A stretch of DNA of 64,000 nt from Bacteroidota bacterium (GCA_013288345.1 JABDCA010000010.1:6340-70339), one strand, 5' to 3'; positions 53,520 through 63,591 are shown, numbered from the stretch's first letter. The notes: generated by a model not told the origin, from the sequence alone. Numbers and translations: made by a program.

Positions 53520-56500
53520 TTAAGACTTACCTATAACTCCCGCCTTTTGCATATCGTCTATGCGGACCTCGAAGTCTTTGAAAAGATCTTGTTGATTAAA
53601 ACTCCGCGTAAGTAATATTAGTTTTTGCATAGTTTGACTTACCTGTTGTCCTTCGTAGCTGTAATAGTTGCGGGAGTCGCTAGCCAGAGTATTAAAGTAT
53701 CTGAGCTTGCTTTCTCCTTCGTCAAACATCTTTTTTGCAAGCGTATTTGCCTGTGCATCTTTTCCTAATTCATAATAACAATAAGCAATAAGCACCATAG
53801 GCGAATCATAAGGATAGCTCTTATCGGGTATGGAATCAATACAGATGTTAAGTACTTTCAAAGCAGAATCTTTTTTATTCTGATCAATAAGCGATTGTGC
53901 CAACGTACCGATGTTATTCCTTAATTGCATAGCCATTCTTCGGGCATTCTCATCTAAATATACACCCGAGCCCATATTACCCCAACGGAATTTATTTACT
54001 ACGTTATCGTACATAATATCAATACCTACGCGAGTTTCAGCACCCAAGTCGGCAGTATGATTCTTTAATGGCACCAAATGATATGCCAGGCCTTCTAACT
54101 GAAAGTATTTCTGCATGCCCATATATGCATCGGCACCTGCAAAGGTGGTAAAGTAAATGGGCCTGCTCCAGTCATCGTGTGCGAGTATATCCATTACTAT
54201 CATCGTATTCTTATCGATGTAATTCCCGGGTATAGTCCACTCAATAGCAGGAACTATGCTATCGGTAAGGGCAGTAGGTACAACATTATTTTTCAGTATT
54301 TGTTGCCTATCTATTTTCAGCGCCATGTGCTTTGATGGAATATAGTTCAGGAATTTTCCGTTGCCCATCTCTAACTTATACTTTTCACTATCGCTACTTG
54401 CAAACCTCATAGCATCACGCACATCAATACTACTATCGGTTCTGTTTAGCACTAAAAGGTAATCGCGGGTTCCATCGACGTATTGATCATGAGTCATCGC
54501 AAAAGGTAATGGAGCCGATTTGTAGGTTCGCAGTTTCATCTGATCGATATACCAGCTGCCGGCAAGCAAGCTAAGGTTACACACGCGCACATCGGTACGT
54601 ATGCTCTCTACTTCCTGCGCATACCACAAAGGGAATGTATCATTATCTCCATTACAAAACAAAATGGCATTGGGTGCACATGATTCGAGATAGTCGATGG
54701 CCATATCGCGGCATATATAATGGCCCGAACGGTCATGATCGTCCCATTCGGCATGAGCCATTATAATTGGGACAGTCAAACAAAGCAATGTAGAAGCAAC
54801 AGCAACACCTTTTACATTGTTATTTTTTACTACTTTCTCAGTTATGAAATCTGCAATTGCCATTACACCCAAGCCTATCCAAATTGCAAATGCATAAAAT
54901 GCCCCAACATAGGAATAGTCCCTTTCGCGTGGCTGGTAAGGCGTTTGGTTGAGATACAGAATAATGGCAAGCCCAGTGAAAAAGAAAAAGACAACAACCA
55001 CTAAAAAGTTAGCGCTATCCTTCCTGAATTGGTAAATGAAGCCAAGCAAGCCAAGCAGTAATGGCAAACCATACATTACATTTCTTGCTTTGTTATTGGC
55101 ATACTCAGCAGGAACATTCTGCTGCGGAATACCTAAGAGTGAGTCGATGAATGAAATACCTGTTATCCAGTTGCCATGCAATTTATCATCGCTATCATAA
55201 CCTTGTATGTCGTTCTGCCTGCCACAAAAATTCCACATAAAGTATTTCCAAAACATAAAGTTTACCTGATACCGGATAAAATACTTTATGTTATCGAGGT
55301 AAGTTGGTTTCTCCACAATCCGCTTTTGCCCGCCTTTATCTACATATAATATGCGCTCTGCATTTGTATCGCCCCAGTTCTTGTATCCATCAGGATGTCC
55401 CTCGTTGCCATCATACATTCGCGGGAAGAAAGTACAAAAACGCGAATCGTACTTCGGCACTGCGTTCTTCATATCATTCGTAACAATGTACTTTCCGGTT
55501 TTTTCATCTTTCGTGTACACAGGGTCTCCATCTTTGTAAGGAGTAGCAGTATCGAGCGGGGCATTATAATATTGGCCATAAACTAAAGGCCAGTCGCCAT
55601 ACTGCTGCCTACCCAGGTAAGCGTGCAGGTTAATAGCATCGCTGGGGTGGTTCTCATCCATAGGTGTATGGGCATTGGACCGGATAACCAAAATGAGGAA
55701 TGAAGAATAACCTACGATAAGCATAGCAAATGATAGAATGGCCATATTCCAACCGGGTTTCTTAAACCGCCTGGTAATAAATAATCCCGCAAGTATTATA
55801 ACAGTAAGTGTGATAGCATAAATAATGATACCAGAGTTAAAGTGCATGCCTTGTTTGTTCACGAAGAATATTTCGAACGAGGCAGCCCATTGCAATATGT
55901 AAGGAATAATAACCGCTTGTATAGAACCTAATAAAACAACTGCTATTATACCCGCTAAAATAGCTCCCTGTTCCCTTGGGTTTCGGGTAATGAAAGAAGT
56001 AAGTCGAAAGTTGATACCATTGGGATAACGTTTGAAATAATATACAAATACCACAGCAGGAATAGCAAGCAGACAAAGTAAATGAACACCTATGGATAAG
56101 CCAATGAGATAAAAGGTTAGCACAATCCATCTTTCTGCATTATGTTCTGATCTTTCCCATTTGGTTATGCACCAAAAGACCAAAGCCGTAAAGCACGATG
56201 ACATAGCGTAAACCTCTCCCTCTACTGCTGAAAACCAGAAAGAATCGGTAAACGTATAGGCTAATGAACCTATTAAGCCGGCACCCAATATGGCATACAT
56301 CTTACCATCAGTAATGCTACCTTGCTTTTGTACCAGTTTTTTGGCAAACCATGTAATAGTCCAGAAGAGGAACATAATGGTTAGTGCACTGCAAGTGGCT
56401 GAAACACGGTTTATATAGGGTGCTACCTTATGTACATCGCTAAAGGTTAATAGTGATACTAAATGAGCTATTAATTGTAGAAAGGGAGCACCGGGTGGGT

Positions 56501-56675
56501 GGCCTATTTGTAGCTTATAATCTATAGAAATGAACTCGCTGCAATCCCAAAAGCTGGCTGTAGGCTCGATTGTAGCCCAATATACCCAGGCTGCAATAAA
56601 AAACACCAATAGCCCCAAGAGGTTATTATAACGGGCATATTTGGGTGAAAATAGCTGCTGGGAGCCGTTTGACAT
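53520..56675 (-). CDS. DUF2723 family membrane protein (putative glycosyltransferase, PMT-like) with C-terminal TPR-like region
   Basis: 1051 aa, many TM helices, and the N-terminal signature TASFWDCSEFISIDYKLQIGHPPGAPFLQL. Confidence 0.8.
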   Translation of the reverse strand: MSNGSQQLFSPKYARYNNLLGLLVFFIAAWVYWATIEPTASFWDCSEFISIDYKLQIGHPPGAPFLQLIAHLVSLLTFSDVHKVAPYINRVSATCSALTIMFLFWTITWFAKKLVQKQGSITDGKMYAILGAGLIGSLAYTFTDSFWFSAVEGEVYAMSSCFTALVFWCITKWERSEHNAERWIVLTFYLIGLSIGVHLLCLLAIPAVVFVYYFKRYPNGINFRLTSFITRNPREQGAILAGIIAVVLLGSIQAVIIPYILQWAASFEIFFVNKQGMHFNSGIIIYAITLTVIILAGLFITRRFKKPGWNMAILSFAMLIVGYSSFLILVIRSNAHTPMDENHPSDAINLHAYLGRQQYGDWPLVYGQYYNAPLDTATPYKDGDPVYTKDEKTGKYIVTNDMKNAVPKYDSRFCTFFPRMYDGNEGHPDGYKNWGDTNAERILYVDKGGQKRIVEKPTYLDNIKYFIRYQVNFMFWKYFMWNFCGRQNDIQGYDSDDKLHGNWITGISFIDSLLGIPQQNVPAEYANNKARNVMYGLPLLLGLLGFIYQFRKDSANFLVVVVFFFFTGLAIILYLNQTPYQPRERDYSYVGAFYAFAIWIGLGVMAIADFITEKVVKNNNVKGVAVASTLLCLTVPIIMAHAEWDDHDRSGHYICRDMAIDYLESCAPNAILFCNGDNDTFPLWYAQEVESIRTDVRVCNLSLLAGSWYIDQMKLRTYKSAPLPFAMTHDQYVDGTRDYLLVLNRTDSSIDVRDAMRFASSDSEKYKLEMGNGKFLNYIPSKHMALKIDRQQILKNNVVPTALTDSIVPAIEWTIPGNYIDKNTMIVMDILAHDDWSRPIYFTTFAGADAYMGMQKYFQLEGLAYHLVPLKNHTADLGAETRVGIDIMYDNVVNKFRWGNMGSGVYLDENARRMAMQLRNNIGTLAQSLIDQNKKDSALKVLNICIDSIPDKSYPYDSPMVLIAYCYYELGKDAQANTLAKKMFDEGESKLRYFNTLASDSRNYYSYEGQQVSQTMQKLILLTRSFNQQDLFKDFEVRIDDMQKAGVIGKS

Positions 56676-56751
56676 TGAAAAATTGGGAATTTGAGCGAAA
56701 ATAGCAAATAATAAGGGGTTGGGAGGGAGTTTGGTGGCACGAAATATTTTT

Positions 56752-56759
56752 TATCTTTG
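56752..56759 (+). promoter_or_regulatory. -7 box TATCTTTG (tRNA-Gln)
   Basis: Matches TAnnTTTG. 29 nt upstream of the tRNA 5' end. Confidence 0.5.
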
Positions 56760-56787
56760 CGCTCCCTTTGAAAGTTCATTATTTGAT

Positions 56788-56860
56788 TGCCCGATGGTGT
56801 AACTGGCAACACGTCTCCCTTTGGAGGAGAAGAGCCCTGGTTCGAACCCAGGTCGGGCAA
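56788..56860 (+). tRNA. tRNA-Gln (anticodon UUG)
   Basis: Cloverleaf folded by hand. Acceptor TGCCCGA/TCGGGCA, D stem GTGT/ACAC, anticodon stem TCTCC/GGAGA with loop CTTTGGA (anticodon TTG), variable AGAGC, T arm CCTGG-TTCGAAC-CCAGG, discriminator A. 73 nt, no encoded CCA. Confidence 0.92.
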
Positions 56861-56869
56861 CGTTAAAAA

Positions 56870-56897
56870 GCCTTAACTCATCAGTTGAGGCTTTTTT
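56870..56897 (+). terminator. rho-independent terminator after tRNA-Gln
   Basis: GCCTTAACT-CATC-AGTTGAGGC followed by TTTTTT. Confidence 0.8.
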
Positions 56898-56930
56898 CAT
56901 TTCACCACTTTAATTGCTGCTATAAAGACC

Positions 56931-56938
56931 TAAATTTG
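56931..56938 (+). promoter_or_regulatory. -7 box TAAATTTG (gene 56969-57496)
   Basis: Matches TAnnTTTG. 31 nt upstream of the ATG. Confidence 0.45.
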
Positions 56939-56968
56939 TAATGGCTAAGCATTGTTAACGCTTTAAAA

Positions 56969-57496
56969 ATGAGAAAGAGCTTTCTTCTATTTTTTATCTT
57001 TCTACTAAGCCTCTGTTCTAACGCTCAAATTCGGATTGCCTTTGGCCCTTCGGCAATGAGCACCGCTGAAGAGACAGAAGAGCAAATGAACAAACTCTTA
57101 AAGAAGAGCTATATACTTACCTTCTATTATACAGGTGATAGTATTGCCGACAGCATTTTACTACATGATGTAATATTGATCAATGCTGATTATACATCTT
57201 ATTGCATGCTTTATAAAGATGATACTACAAGAGTAGCTATTGCCATAACAAAGCTTGGTACAAAAAAAGGATATGAGGTAAAGGCTTTTTGGAAAAATAG
57301 AAATGTAAAACGAACTTCTTTGTATAATAGCTCTCTAGCACCATCGGGCAAATGGATAGAATACTATCAGGACAGGTGGTTAAAGCTAATAGGGAAATAC
57401 ATAAACGGTAAAAAGACCGGAAGATGGAAGTATTGCGACGACAATGGCAATACAACCCTTATAGAACACTATAAGAATGGGGAAAGTATAAAGTAG
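56969..57496 (+). CDS. hypothetical secreted protein with C-terminal MORN-variant repeats
   Basis: Signal peptide MRKSFLLFFIFLLSLCSNAQ. The C-terminus, GKWIEYYQDRWLKLIGKYINGKKTGRWKYCDDNGNTTLIEHYKNGE, resembles the repeats of the 9005-9757 protein. Confidence 0.55.
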   Translation: MRKSFLLFFIFLLSLCSNAQIRIAFGPSAMSTAEETEEQMNKLLKKSYILTFYYTGDSIADSILLHDVILINADYTSYCMLYKDDTTRVAIAITKLGTKKGYEVKAFWKNRNVKRTSLYNSSLAPSGKWIEYYQDRWLKLIGKYINGKKTGRWKYCDDNGNTTLIEHYKNGESIK

Positions 57497-57558
57497 CTTC
57501 CTAGGTTTCGTAATAATATATTGAGCCACCTCAATTTTGCTGATAGCTTTGAATTTCG

Positions 57559-57566
57559 TACCTTTG
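57559..57566 (+). promoter_or_regulatory. -7 box TACCTTTG (gene 57610-58131)
   Basis: Matches TAnnTTTG. 44 nt upstream of the ATG. Confidence 0.45.
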
Positions 57567-57609
57567 GTAGTAGTTGATGAAGTATTAGCGGCAAAACTTA
57601 TAAAACATT

Positions 57610-58131
57610 ATGATGTTACGCAGAGGAAATTACAAAACAAAAGCACTTTTTGCCTTTGTTGTTTCTTTTGCCTTGATTGGTGTTTATTCGTGCACCAAAG
57701 CATCTTCAGACCAGATAAATAGTGGTACTGCAAGTACTACATCACCCATACCTGCATTTAATGTAACTGTAAATGGAACCGACCCCGGCAGTTGGACCGT
57801 AACAGGAAGCGTAAGTTCAGGTTTCATTATTATTGATGGTTCGGCACCCGGTGGTGTAACAGTTGGGCTTCAGATATCTGCCACATCAACCGGCACATAC
57901 AAGCTTGGCAGTTCTTCCGGCAATTCCGGGGTTTATGGAACATCAGGCCCTACTACTTCATATGGCACCACAGGTAAATCTCCTTATACCGGCACATTAC
58001 TTATTTCGGCATACAATTCCACAACAAAACTAATATCTGGTACTTTTAGCTTTGAAGCACAGAAAAACTATCCCGATACACTTGGTGTAGTTAAAGTTGC
58101 AGGAGGTAGTTTTTCGAACGTATCCTGGTAA
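57610..58131 (+). CDS. hypothetical lipoprotein
   Basis: 173 aa. Lipobox FALIGVYSC. Gly/Ser/Thr-rich beta pattern ending ISGTFSFEA...GGSFSNVSW. Confidence 0.55.
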   Translation: MMLRRGNYKTKALFAFVVSFALIGVYSCTKASSDQINSGTASTTSPIPAFNVTVNGTDPGSWTVTGSVSSGFIIIDGSAPGGVTVGLQISATSTGTYKLGSSSGNSGVYGTSGPTTSYGTTGKSPYTGTLLISAYNSTTKLISGTFSFEAQKNYPDTLGVVKVAGGSFSNVSW

Positions 58132-58146
58132 GCCTTCTGGTTACAA

Positions 58147-58437
58147 TCAGGTCATTACCTTATGAATACGGCACAATGGTATTCCAAGCCCTTGCTTTAG
58201 TATTACTCTATTATCAGTAAGCGCCCAAATAGTTGTTTCAACCTGGCGCACGTTTTCACCATCTTCAAATATTATCTTCACCTTACCTTTATGTATGTTG
58301 CCAAGCAACAGGCCACGGTGCAAGTCAGCCATCCTTTGCCCGATTTCGAGGGCAGATTTAAGAACTTCTTTTAAAGGGAAACGAAGCTGGGAAATACTTT
58401 CCTTTTCTATAGCTACGGGAGTATCGCTTATTATCAT
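58147..58437 (-). CDS. hypothetical protein (96 aa)
   Basis: ORF on the same strand as, and 88 nt downstream of, the LutA-like gene. No recognised motif. Confidence 0.45.
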   Translation of the reverse strand: MIISDTPVAIEKESISQLRFPLKEVLKSALEIGQRMADLHRGLLLGNIHKGKVKIIFEDGENVRQVETTIWALTDNRVILKQGLGIPLCRIHKVMT

Positions 58438-58525
58438 GTGAGGTTATTTATGAGGTTACTCAATGGTGTACGAAGGCAACGGAATTTTGTTGCACTATGT
58501 TACTAACACCTGTTAACAACCTCAA

Positions 58526-59245
58526 CTACCAGCCACTGGCAAGCACATCTGCCAAATGCATGGTTTTAATATCCATGTTTTGCTTTTTAATATACCCATC
58601 AAGGTGTAGCAAGCATGATTGATCGGTTGAAATAAGATATTGTGCACCTGTATCCTGAGCATGTTTTACTTTATCGGAACCCATACCCACGGCTATCGGT
58701 TCGAATTTAGAAGAGAAGGTGCCGCCAAAACCGCAGCAAGTTTCTGTGTCTTTCATTTCCACTATTTCGAGCCCTTGTACATTTTTCAATAAGGTACGGG
58801 GTTCTTGCTTTATCTTGCATTCGCGCAATGCAGCACATGAATCGTGATACGTACCAATACCATCAAGCTTAGCGCCCAGATTGGTTACTTTTAATATGTT
58901 CACCAAAAAACTGCTGAACTCATGAATATTCTTAGCCAACTGCTTGTATTCATTATGCAGGGCAGAGTTGTAAAACATTTCGGGGTAGTAGTTCTTTATC
59001 ATACCCACGCATGATGCAGAAGGACAAACTACATACCTGTCCTGATGAAATTCCTTAATAAATTTCTCACCGACAACTTTTGCTTCTTCCCAGTAACCCG
59101 CATTAAAAGCAGGCTGGCCACAACAAGTTTGTTCGGGGTTATAATTCACATCACAACCCACCTTCTCTAACACCTTAACCATGTTCATTCCCGCTTGCGG
59201 AAACACCTGATCTATAAAACAGGGTATAAAAATATCTACAATCAT
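58526..59245 (-). CDS. (Fe-S)-binding CCG-domain protein, LutA/GlcF-like
   Basis: 239 aa. Two cysteine-rich CCG motifs (PCFIDQ...CCGQP; DSCAAL...ETCCGFGG). Confidence 0.8.
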   Translation of the reverse strand: MIVDIFIPCFIDQVFPQAGMNMVKVLEKVGCDVNYNPEQTCCGQPAFNAGYWEEAKVVGEKFIKEFHQDRYVVCPSASCVGMIKNYYPEMFYNSALHNEYKQLAKNIHEFSSFLVNILKVTNLGAKLDGIGTYHDSCAALRECKIKQEPRTLLKNVQGLEIVEMKDTETCCGFGGTFSSKFEPIAVGMGSDKVKHAQDTGAQYLISTDQSCLLHLDGYIKKQNMDIKTMHLADVLASGW

Positions 59246-59312
59246 TGCTTTCTAATAGGATTACAAAGGTATGTATGTGAATATGTTAAGGCCATAATTG
59301 AATTAAAAAGTT

Positions 59313-60092
59313 TTAAACACTTTCATCACTTATCAAAAACTCATTTACAGCATTAAAAAACTCCACTGGCTTATCTGCATGCACCCAATGCCCTGCACCA
59401 GCTATAGTAACTAATTTAGCATTTGAGAACATAGAAGTAATAAGCTTTATATCGGCTGGAAATATATAATCTGATTTTTCTCCTTTTACAAATAGCGCAG
59501 GTATTTCAATAGGGTTAGCTGGCATTGGAATTACCTCTCCTACTATTTTTATATTCTGCTTTATTACCTCGTAATTAAACTTCCATGCCAGTTTCTGTTC
59601 CTCGTTCCAGTGTAAATTCTTCAACAGAAATTGCCTTGTACCAAAATCCTGAATACGAGGAGTTAAAAGAACATCCACCTCCTTACGGGTTTTAACTGCG
59701 CTTAGGTCAAAGCTATCAATAGCATCGATTACAAATTGGTTGGTAACAGGATATTTTTTAGGACCAATATCTACCACAACTAATTTCTCTACTTTTTCCG
59801 GATGGCGAACAGTAAGTTGCATAGCTACTTTTCCTCCCATAGAATGGCCAAGCAATATTGCTTTGTCAATACCCTCATCCTGCATCAACTCTTTAATATC
59901 TTCACTCATTACTTCATAGTTCCATTCGCTGCTATGCGGCGATTGCCCATGATTGCGCAGGTCAATAAAATAAACAGTGAAGTGTTCGGCAAACTGCTTG
60001 CCAAGCGTTTGCCAATTATCAGCAGAGCCAAAAAGTCCGTGAAGAATAAATAGAGGTTTGCCGTTGCCTAGCTTTCGATACGCCAGTTTCAT
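59313..60092 (-). CDS. alpha/beta-fold hydrolase (esterase-like)
   Basis: 259 aa. HGLFGS oxyanion region, nucleophile elbow GHSMGG, and C-terminal GHWVH. Confidence 0.85.
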   Translation of the reverse strand: MKLAYRKLGNGKPLFILHGLFGSADNWQTLGKQFAEHFTVYFIDLRNHGQSPHSSEWNYEVMSEDIKELMQDEGIDKAILLGHSMGGKVAMQLTVRHPEKVEKLVVVDIGPKKYPVTNQFVIDAIDSFDLSAVKTRKEVDVLLTPRIQDFGTRQFLLKNLHWNEEQKLAWKFNYEVIKQNIKIVGEVIPMPANPIEIPALFVKGEKSDYIFPADIKLITSMFSNAKLVTIAGAGHWVHADKPVEFFNAVNEFLISDESV

Positions 60093-60095
60093 AAA

Positions 60096-60809
60096 TTACT
60101 TTAGCTGCCTGAGGTAGAGTTGTATGGTATTTTCGAGCCCGAGGTAAAGTGCATCAGCTATTAGGGCATGGCCAATAGATACCTCTAGCAGGTGAGGGAT
60201 ATTTTTATGAAAGTACGCAAGGTTATCTAAATTCAAATCGTGGCCGGCATTAATACCCAGTCCATATTTATGCGCCCGGTGTGCTGCTTTATTATAAGCC
60301 TCGATAGCTGCTTCGGGATTCTTGCTATAATTTTTGGCATACGCCTCAGTATACAATTCAATTCTGTCTGTACCAACTGCCGCCGCACCTTCTATCTGGT
60401 CAAGGTCGGTATCAATAAAAATAGATGTACGTATACCTTGCTTTTTCAATGAGTCGATAACTTCTTTCAGGAATGCTTTATTCTCAATAGTATCCCAACC
60501 AGCATTCGATGTTAATGCATCGGGGGCATCGGGTACTAATGTTACCTGATTCGGCTTTACATCCTCTACCAAGCTTAAAAACTCTTTCGAAGGATATCCC
60601 TCAATATTAAACTCTACCGAAAGTAATGGCTTCAAATCCTTTACATCCTGATATCGAATGTGCCGTTCATCAGGGCGCGGATGGACTGTTATGCCCTGTG
60701 CACCAAATCGTACACAGTCTTGTGCTGCCTTTAACAAATCGGGCATATTGCCACCACGTGCATTACGCAGCAAGGCTATTTTGTTAATGTTTACGCTAAG
60801 TTTTGTCAT
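60096..60809 (-). CDS. pdxJ: pyridoxine 5'-phosphate synthase
   Basis: 237 aa. [39 protein letters not shown]. Confidence 0.95.
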   Translation of the reverse strand: MTKLSVNINKIALLRNARGGNMPDLLKAAQDCVRFGAQGITVHPRPDERHIRYQDVKDLKPLLSVEFNIEGYPSKEFLSLVEDVKPNQVTLVPDAPDALTSNAGWDTIENKAFLKEVIDSLKKQGIRTSIFIDTDLDQIEGAAAVGTDRIELYTEAYAKNYSKNPEAAIEAYNKAAHRAHKYGLGINAGHDLNLDNLAYFHKNIPHLLEVSIGHALIADALYLGLENTIQLYLRQLK

Positions 60810-60812
60810 AGT

Positions 60813-61613
60813 TTAGTTGCCTGATGAAACATACGTTTCGGTATAAATTGTACTACCCTGTGCCAGTTGGTTTGCTTTAATCAAATATATGTAATCTGCC
60901 GGTGAATATAGAGAATCTCTTATAGGTGGCCCAGGGTCAAAACCAATTGTACCACCAGACGATGACAGATTAATTATCTCTTTATAAATACGACCTATGT
61001 GTGTAGCATATACTTCCAGGAAGAACTGATGTGTGATTAAATTGATAATGCGATCAGAATCCTGTAAAACAGTAACCGTTGAATCGAAATTATGCCAGTT
61101 TAAATAAGTAGGGGTATTAACTGATGTGTACTGAAAGTTTGTTTGGTTCCAGTCAGGAAAAACTGCATTACTACCTGCACTATTATTAAAAGCACCTCCA
61201 TTCCATGAAGCATTGGTTGCTATAGGAAATGTAAGCTTAACATACTTTATTCCATCTTCTGTCCTAAGTGCTTCAGTTGCTGTAAGACTACCGGTGTATG
61301 TTTTCTGATAGGCCCATACAGAATCTGGCAACGTTCTTTTATATCTTACAATAACCTGCGTTCTTGCCCCCGTATTGTCGGTATAGAATGAATCTATTAC
61401 TTCTTTTATCTGGTAATTAAATGTATCAGCATGGTTTGCAATTAGTGGATTAACATAAACAGAATCCACATTATAAATTACCCAATGGCCAACATTGTTT
61501 GGAAAATAGTCGTAGCCCTGATAAATGTAACCGGGTTTATCTTTTTTGCAGGATATAAATACGAACGCTATAACAATACTCAAAAAGTAATATGTTATAG
61601 TTCTTCCTTTCAT
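60813..61613 (-). CDS. hypothetical lipoprotein
   Basis: 266 aa. Lipobox AFVFISC. Its start overlaps the mnmA stop by 4 nt. Confidence 0.55.
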   Translation of the reverse strand: MKGRTITYYFLSIVIAFVFISCKKDKPGYIYQGYDYFPNNVGHWVIYNVDSVYVNPLIANHADTFNYQIKEVIDSFYTDNTGARTQVIVRYKRTLPDSVWAYQKTYTGSLTATEALRTEDGIKYVKLTFPIATNASWNGGAFNNSAGSNAVFPDWNQTNFQYTSVNTPTYLNWHNFDSTVTVLQDSDRIINLITHQFFLEVYATHIGRIYKEIINLSSSGGTIGFDPGPPIRDSLYSPADYIYLIKANQLAQGSTIYTETYVSSGN

Positions 61614-62701
61614 TTTGGCTGTAATTCAATAAAGCCTCCACCAAGCAAATCTTCGCCTTCGTAAAACACAGCAGATTGCCCCGGTGTTATTGCCTTTACT
61701 TTTTTATGGAACAATACTTTTATCTTTCCGTCAACCTCATTAATAGTTGCAGGTGCGCCTACATCCTTATAACGTATTTTCGTATGCGCTTGCATATCCG
61801 GAGTTATCTTATCATACTTAACTAAGTTATAACGCCCAACGGTCATGCTTTGCTTTTGCAATTCATCTTCGGTACCTAATATAACCGTATTGGTTTCAGG
61901 TATTACTTCTGTAACAAACAAAGGATGCCCGACTGCTATGTCAAGGCCTTTACGTTGGCCAATGGTATAAAACGGATAGCCTTTGTGCCTGCCTATTTTA
62001 GTGCCGTCAGCAAGCAAAAAATCACCTTCGTTAAATTTATCTTCTCCTTCCCTTCTTTTCAAAAAGGAACGGTAATCGTTATCAGGTATAAAGCATATTT
62101 CGTAACTCTCGCTTTTCTTCGCTAATTCCGAATAGCCCCTTTGTTCAGCCAATGCACGTATTTCGGGTTTATGAAAATTGCCTAAAGGAAACATGGTCCT
62201 CTTTAAACTATCTTGTGTAAGGCCCCATAATACATACGATTGGTCCTTATTATGATCAATACCTCTCGATACAACATACCTTCCATTTTCAGGCCTTACG
62301 CTGGCATAGTGGCCGGTAGCAATAAACTCGCATTCCAGCATATCAGCACGCTTGAGCAATGCCTCCCATTTGATGTAAGTATTGCAAAGCACACAAGGGT
62401 TAGGTGTGCGGCCTGCCATATATTCGCTTGCAAAATTGTTGATAATGCTATCGCCAAACTCACCACGCAGGTCGAGTATATAATGCGGAAAACCACATTT
62501 TACAGCCAAATGGCGGGCATCGTTAATAGAATCGAGACTGCAACAGCCTGTTTCTTTTTTATTACCACCCGATGAAGCATAATCCCATGTCTTCATGGTA
62601 ATGCCAATAACCTCGTAGCCTTGTTCGTGTAATAACAAAGCTGCTACAGAGCTATCAACTCCTCCGCTCATAGCAACTAAAACTCTCCCTTTCTTACTCA
62701 T
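61610..62701 (-). CDS. mnmA: tRNA 2-thiouridine(34) synthase
   Basis: 363 aa. PP-loop VAMSGGVDSSVAA and catalytic Cys regions (NPCVLCN, ICF). Confidence 0.95.
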   Translation of the reverse strand: MSKKGRVLVAMSGGVDSSVAALLLHEQGYEVIGITMKTWDYASSGGNKKETGCCSLDSINDARHLAVKCGFPHYILDLRGEFGDSIINNFASEYMAGRTPNPCVLCNTYIKWEALLKRADMLECEFIATGHYASVRPENGRYVVSRGIDHNKDQSYVLWGLTQDSLKRTMFPLGNFHKPEIRALAEQRGYSELAKKSESYEICFIPDNDYRSFLKRREGEDKFNEGDFLLADGTKIGRHKGYPFYTIGQRKGLDIAVGHPLFVTEVIPETNTVILGTEDELQKQSMTVGRYNLVKYDKITPDMQAHTKIRYKDVGAPATINEVDGKIKVLFHKKVKAITPGQSAVFYEGEDLLGGGFIELQPK

Positions 62702-62793
62702 ATCAAGTGTAAAGATACGTCATTTTGCAGTTTAATAGTCAGGAATAAATCATTGTCCACCACTATATTCTGGCTTCAGTAACTCTAAATAGG

Positions 62794-62924
62794 AGGGTTG
62801 ACAAAGGTTGACACTTTTTGGCATGTCAACCCTAATATAGTATTGATTTACAATAGTTTAGCTGTAAATAAGGCCAAAAGCGCGTCAACCCATGATAAGT
62901 AATTGATTATGAATATGTTTACTG
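62794..62924. repeat. cluster of four GTCAACC motifs plus a ~40-nt imperfect direct repeat in a divergent intergenic region
   Basis: GGTTGAC at 62796-62802 and 62806-62812; GTCAACC at 62825-62831 and 62884-62890. AGGGTTGACA (62794-62803) is the inverse of TGTCAACCCT (62824-62833). The units GTCAACCC...TTGATT...GTTTA.CTG start at 62825 and 62884. Confidence 0.7.
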
Positions 62925-63027
62925 ATTTTTGGGCTGCCATGCACACATTTTTACGAATAATAATTTGTTCTCAGCGAATACTCATTGGGCATTGATCAAT
63001 CGCTTTATACAATGAACTTTGTAGTAG

Positions 63028-63591
63028 ATGTATAGAGAGCTTGACATAGTGGAAGGTTGCAAAGCCGGTAAAAAAGAATTTCAAAAAGAGCTGTACAGGC
63101 TTTTTTCGCGAAAGATGTATAACGTTTGTCTGCGCTATTCCGACAACAGAGAAGAAGCGGAAGATATTTTGCAGGAAGGTTTCATAAAAGTATTTAATAA
63201 TATTGACCAATACAAAGGCTCCGGTTCATTCGAAGGTTGGATATGCAAGATAATGAAAAACTCTGCCTTAGAAGCTTTACGTAAAAAGAAGTTCTTTCAA
63301 TCGGGCAATGTAGAATACCTGGAGGATACGTATCAAAGTGATTATGATGCGCATAGTAAAATGTCGTTAAAGGAATTACTACTGACTATACAAGAATTGC
63401 CTGAAGGTTACAAATCAGTATTTAACCTGTATGCTATTAATGGCTATAAGCACAGAGAGATTGCTTTAATGCTCAATATTTCTGAGAGCACATCTAAATC
63501 TCAGTTTTTAAGAGCACGTAATTTGTTGCGAAACAAACTGAAGAATCAAGCTTTTTCTTATTCTGCTTCTCCTAAGCTTTACGTTGCGTAA
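63028..63591 (+). CDS. RNA polymerase ECF-type sigma-70 factor
   Basis: 187 aa. LYRLFSRKMYNVCLRYSDNREEAEDILQEGFIKVF (region 2) and YKHREIALMLNISESTSKSQFLRARNLL (region 4). Confidence 0.85.
   Translation: MYRELDIVEGCKAGKKEFQKELYRLFSRKMYNVCLRYSDNREEAEDILQEGFIKVFNNIDQYKGSGSFEGWICKIMKNSALEALRKKKFFQSGNVEYLEDTYQSDYDAHSKMSLKELLLTIQELPEGYKSVFNLYAINGYKHREIALMLNISESTSKSQFLRARNLLRNKLKNQAFSYSASPKLYVA

Noticed and set aside
56522-56860. 112-aa minus-strand ORF spanning the DUF2723 5' end and tRNA-Gln
   Set aside because: It overlaps a hand-verified tRNA cloverleaf on the opposite strand and the start of a real gene, so it is spurious.
56861-58437. Possible integrated island next to tRNA-Gln (small AT-rich genes of unknown function)
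   Set aside because: I found no integrase gene and no direct repeat of the tRNA 3' end (GGTTCGAACCCAGGTCGGGCA) downstream. Only a chance 8-mer, ggttcgaa, occurs near 58700.
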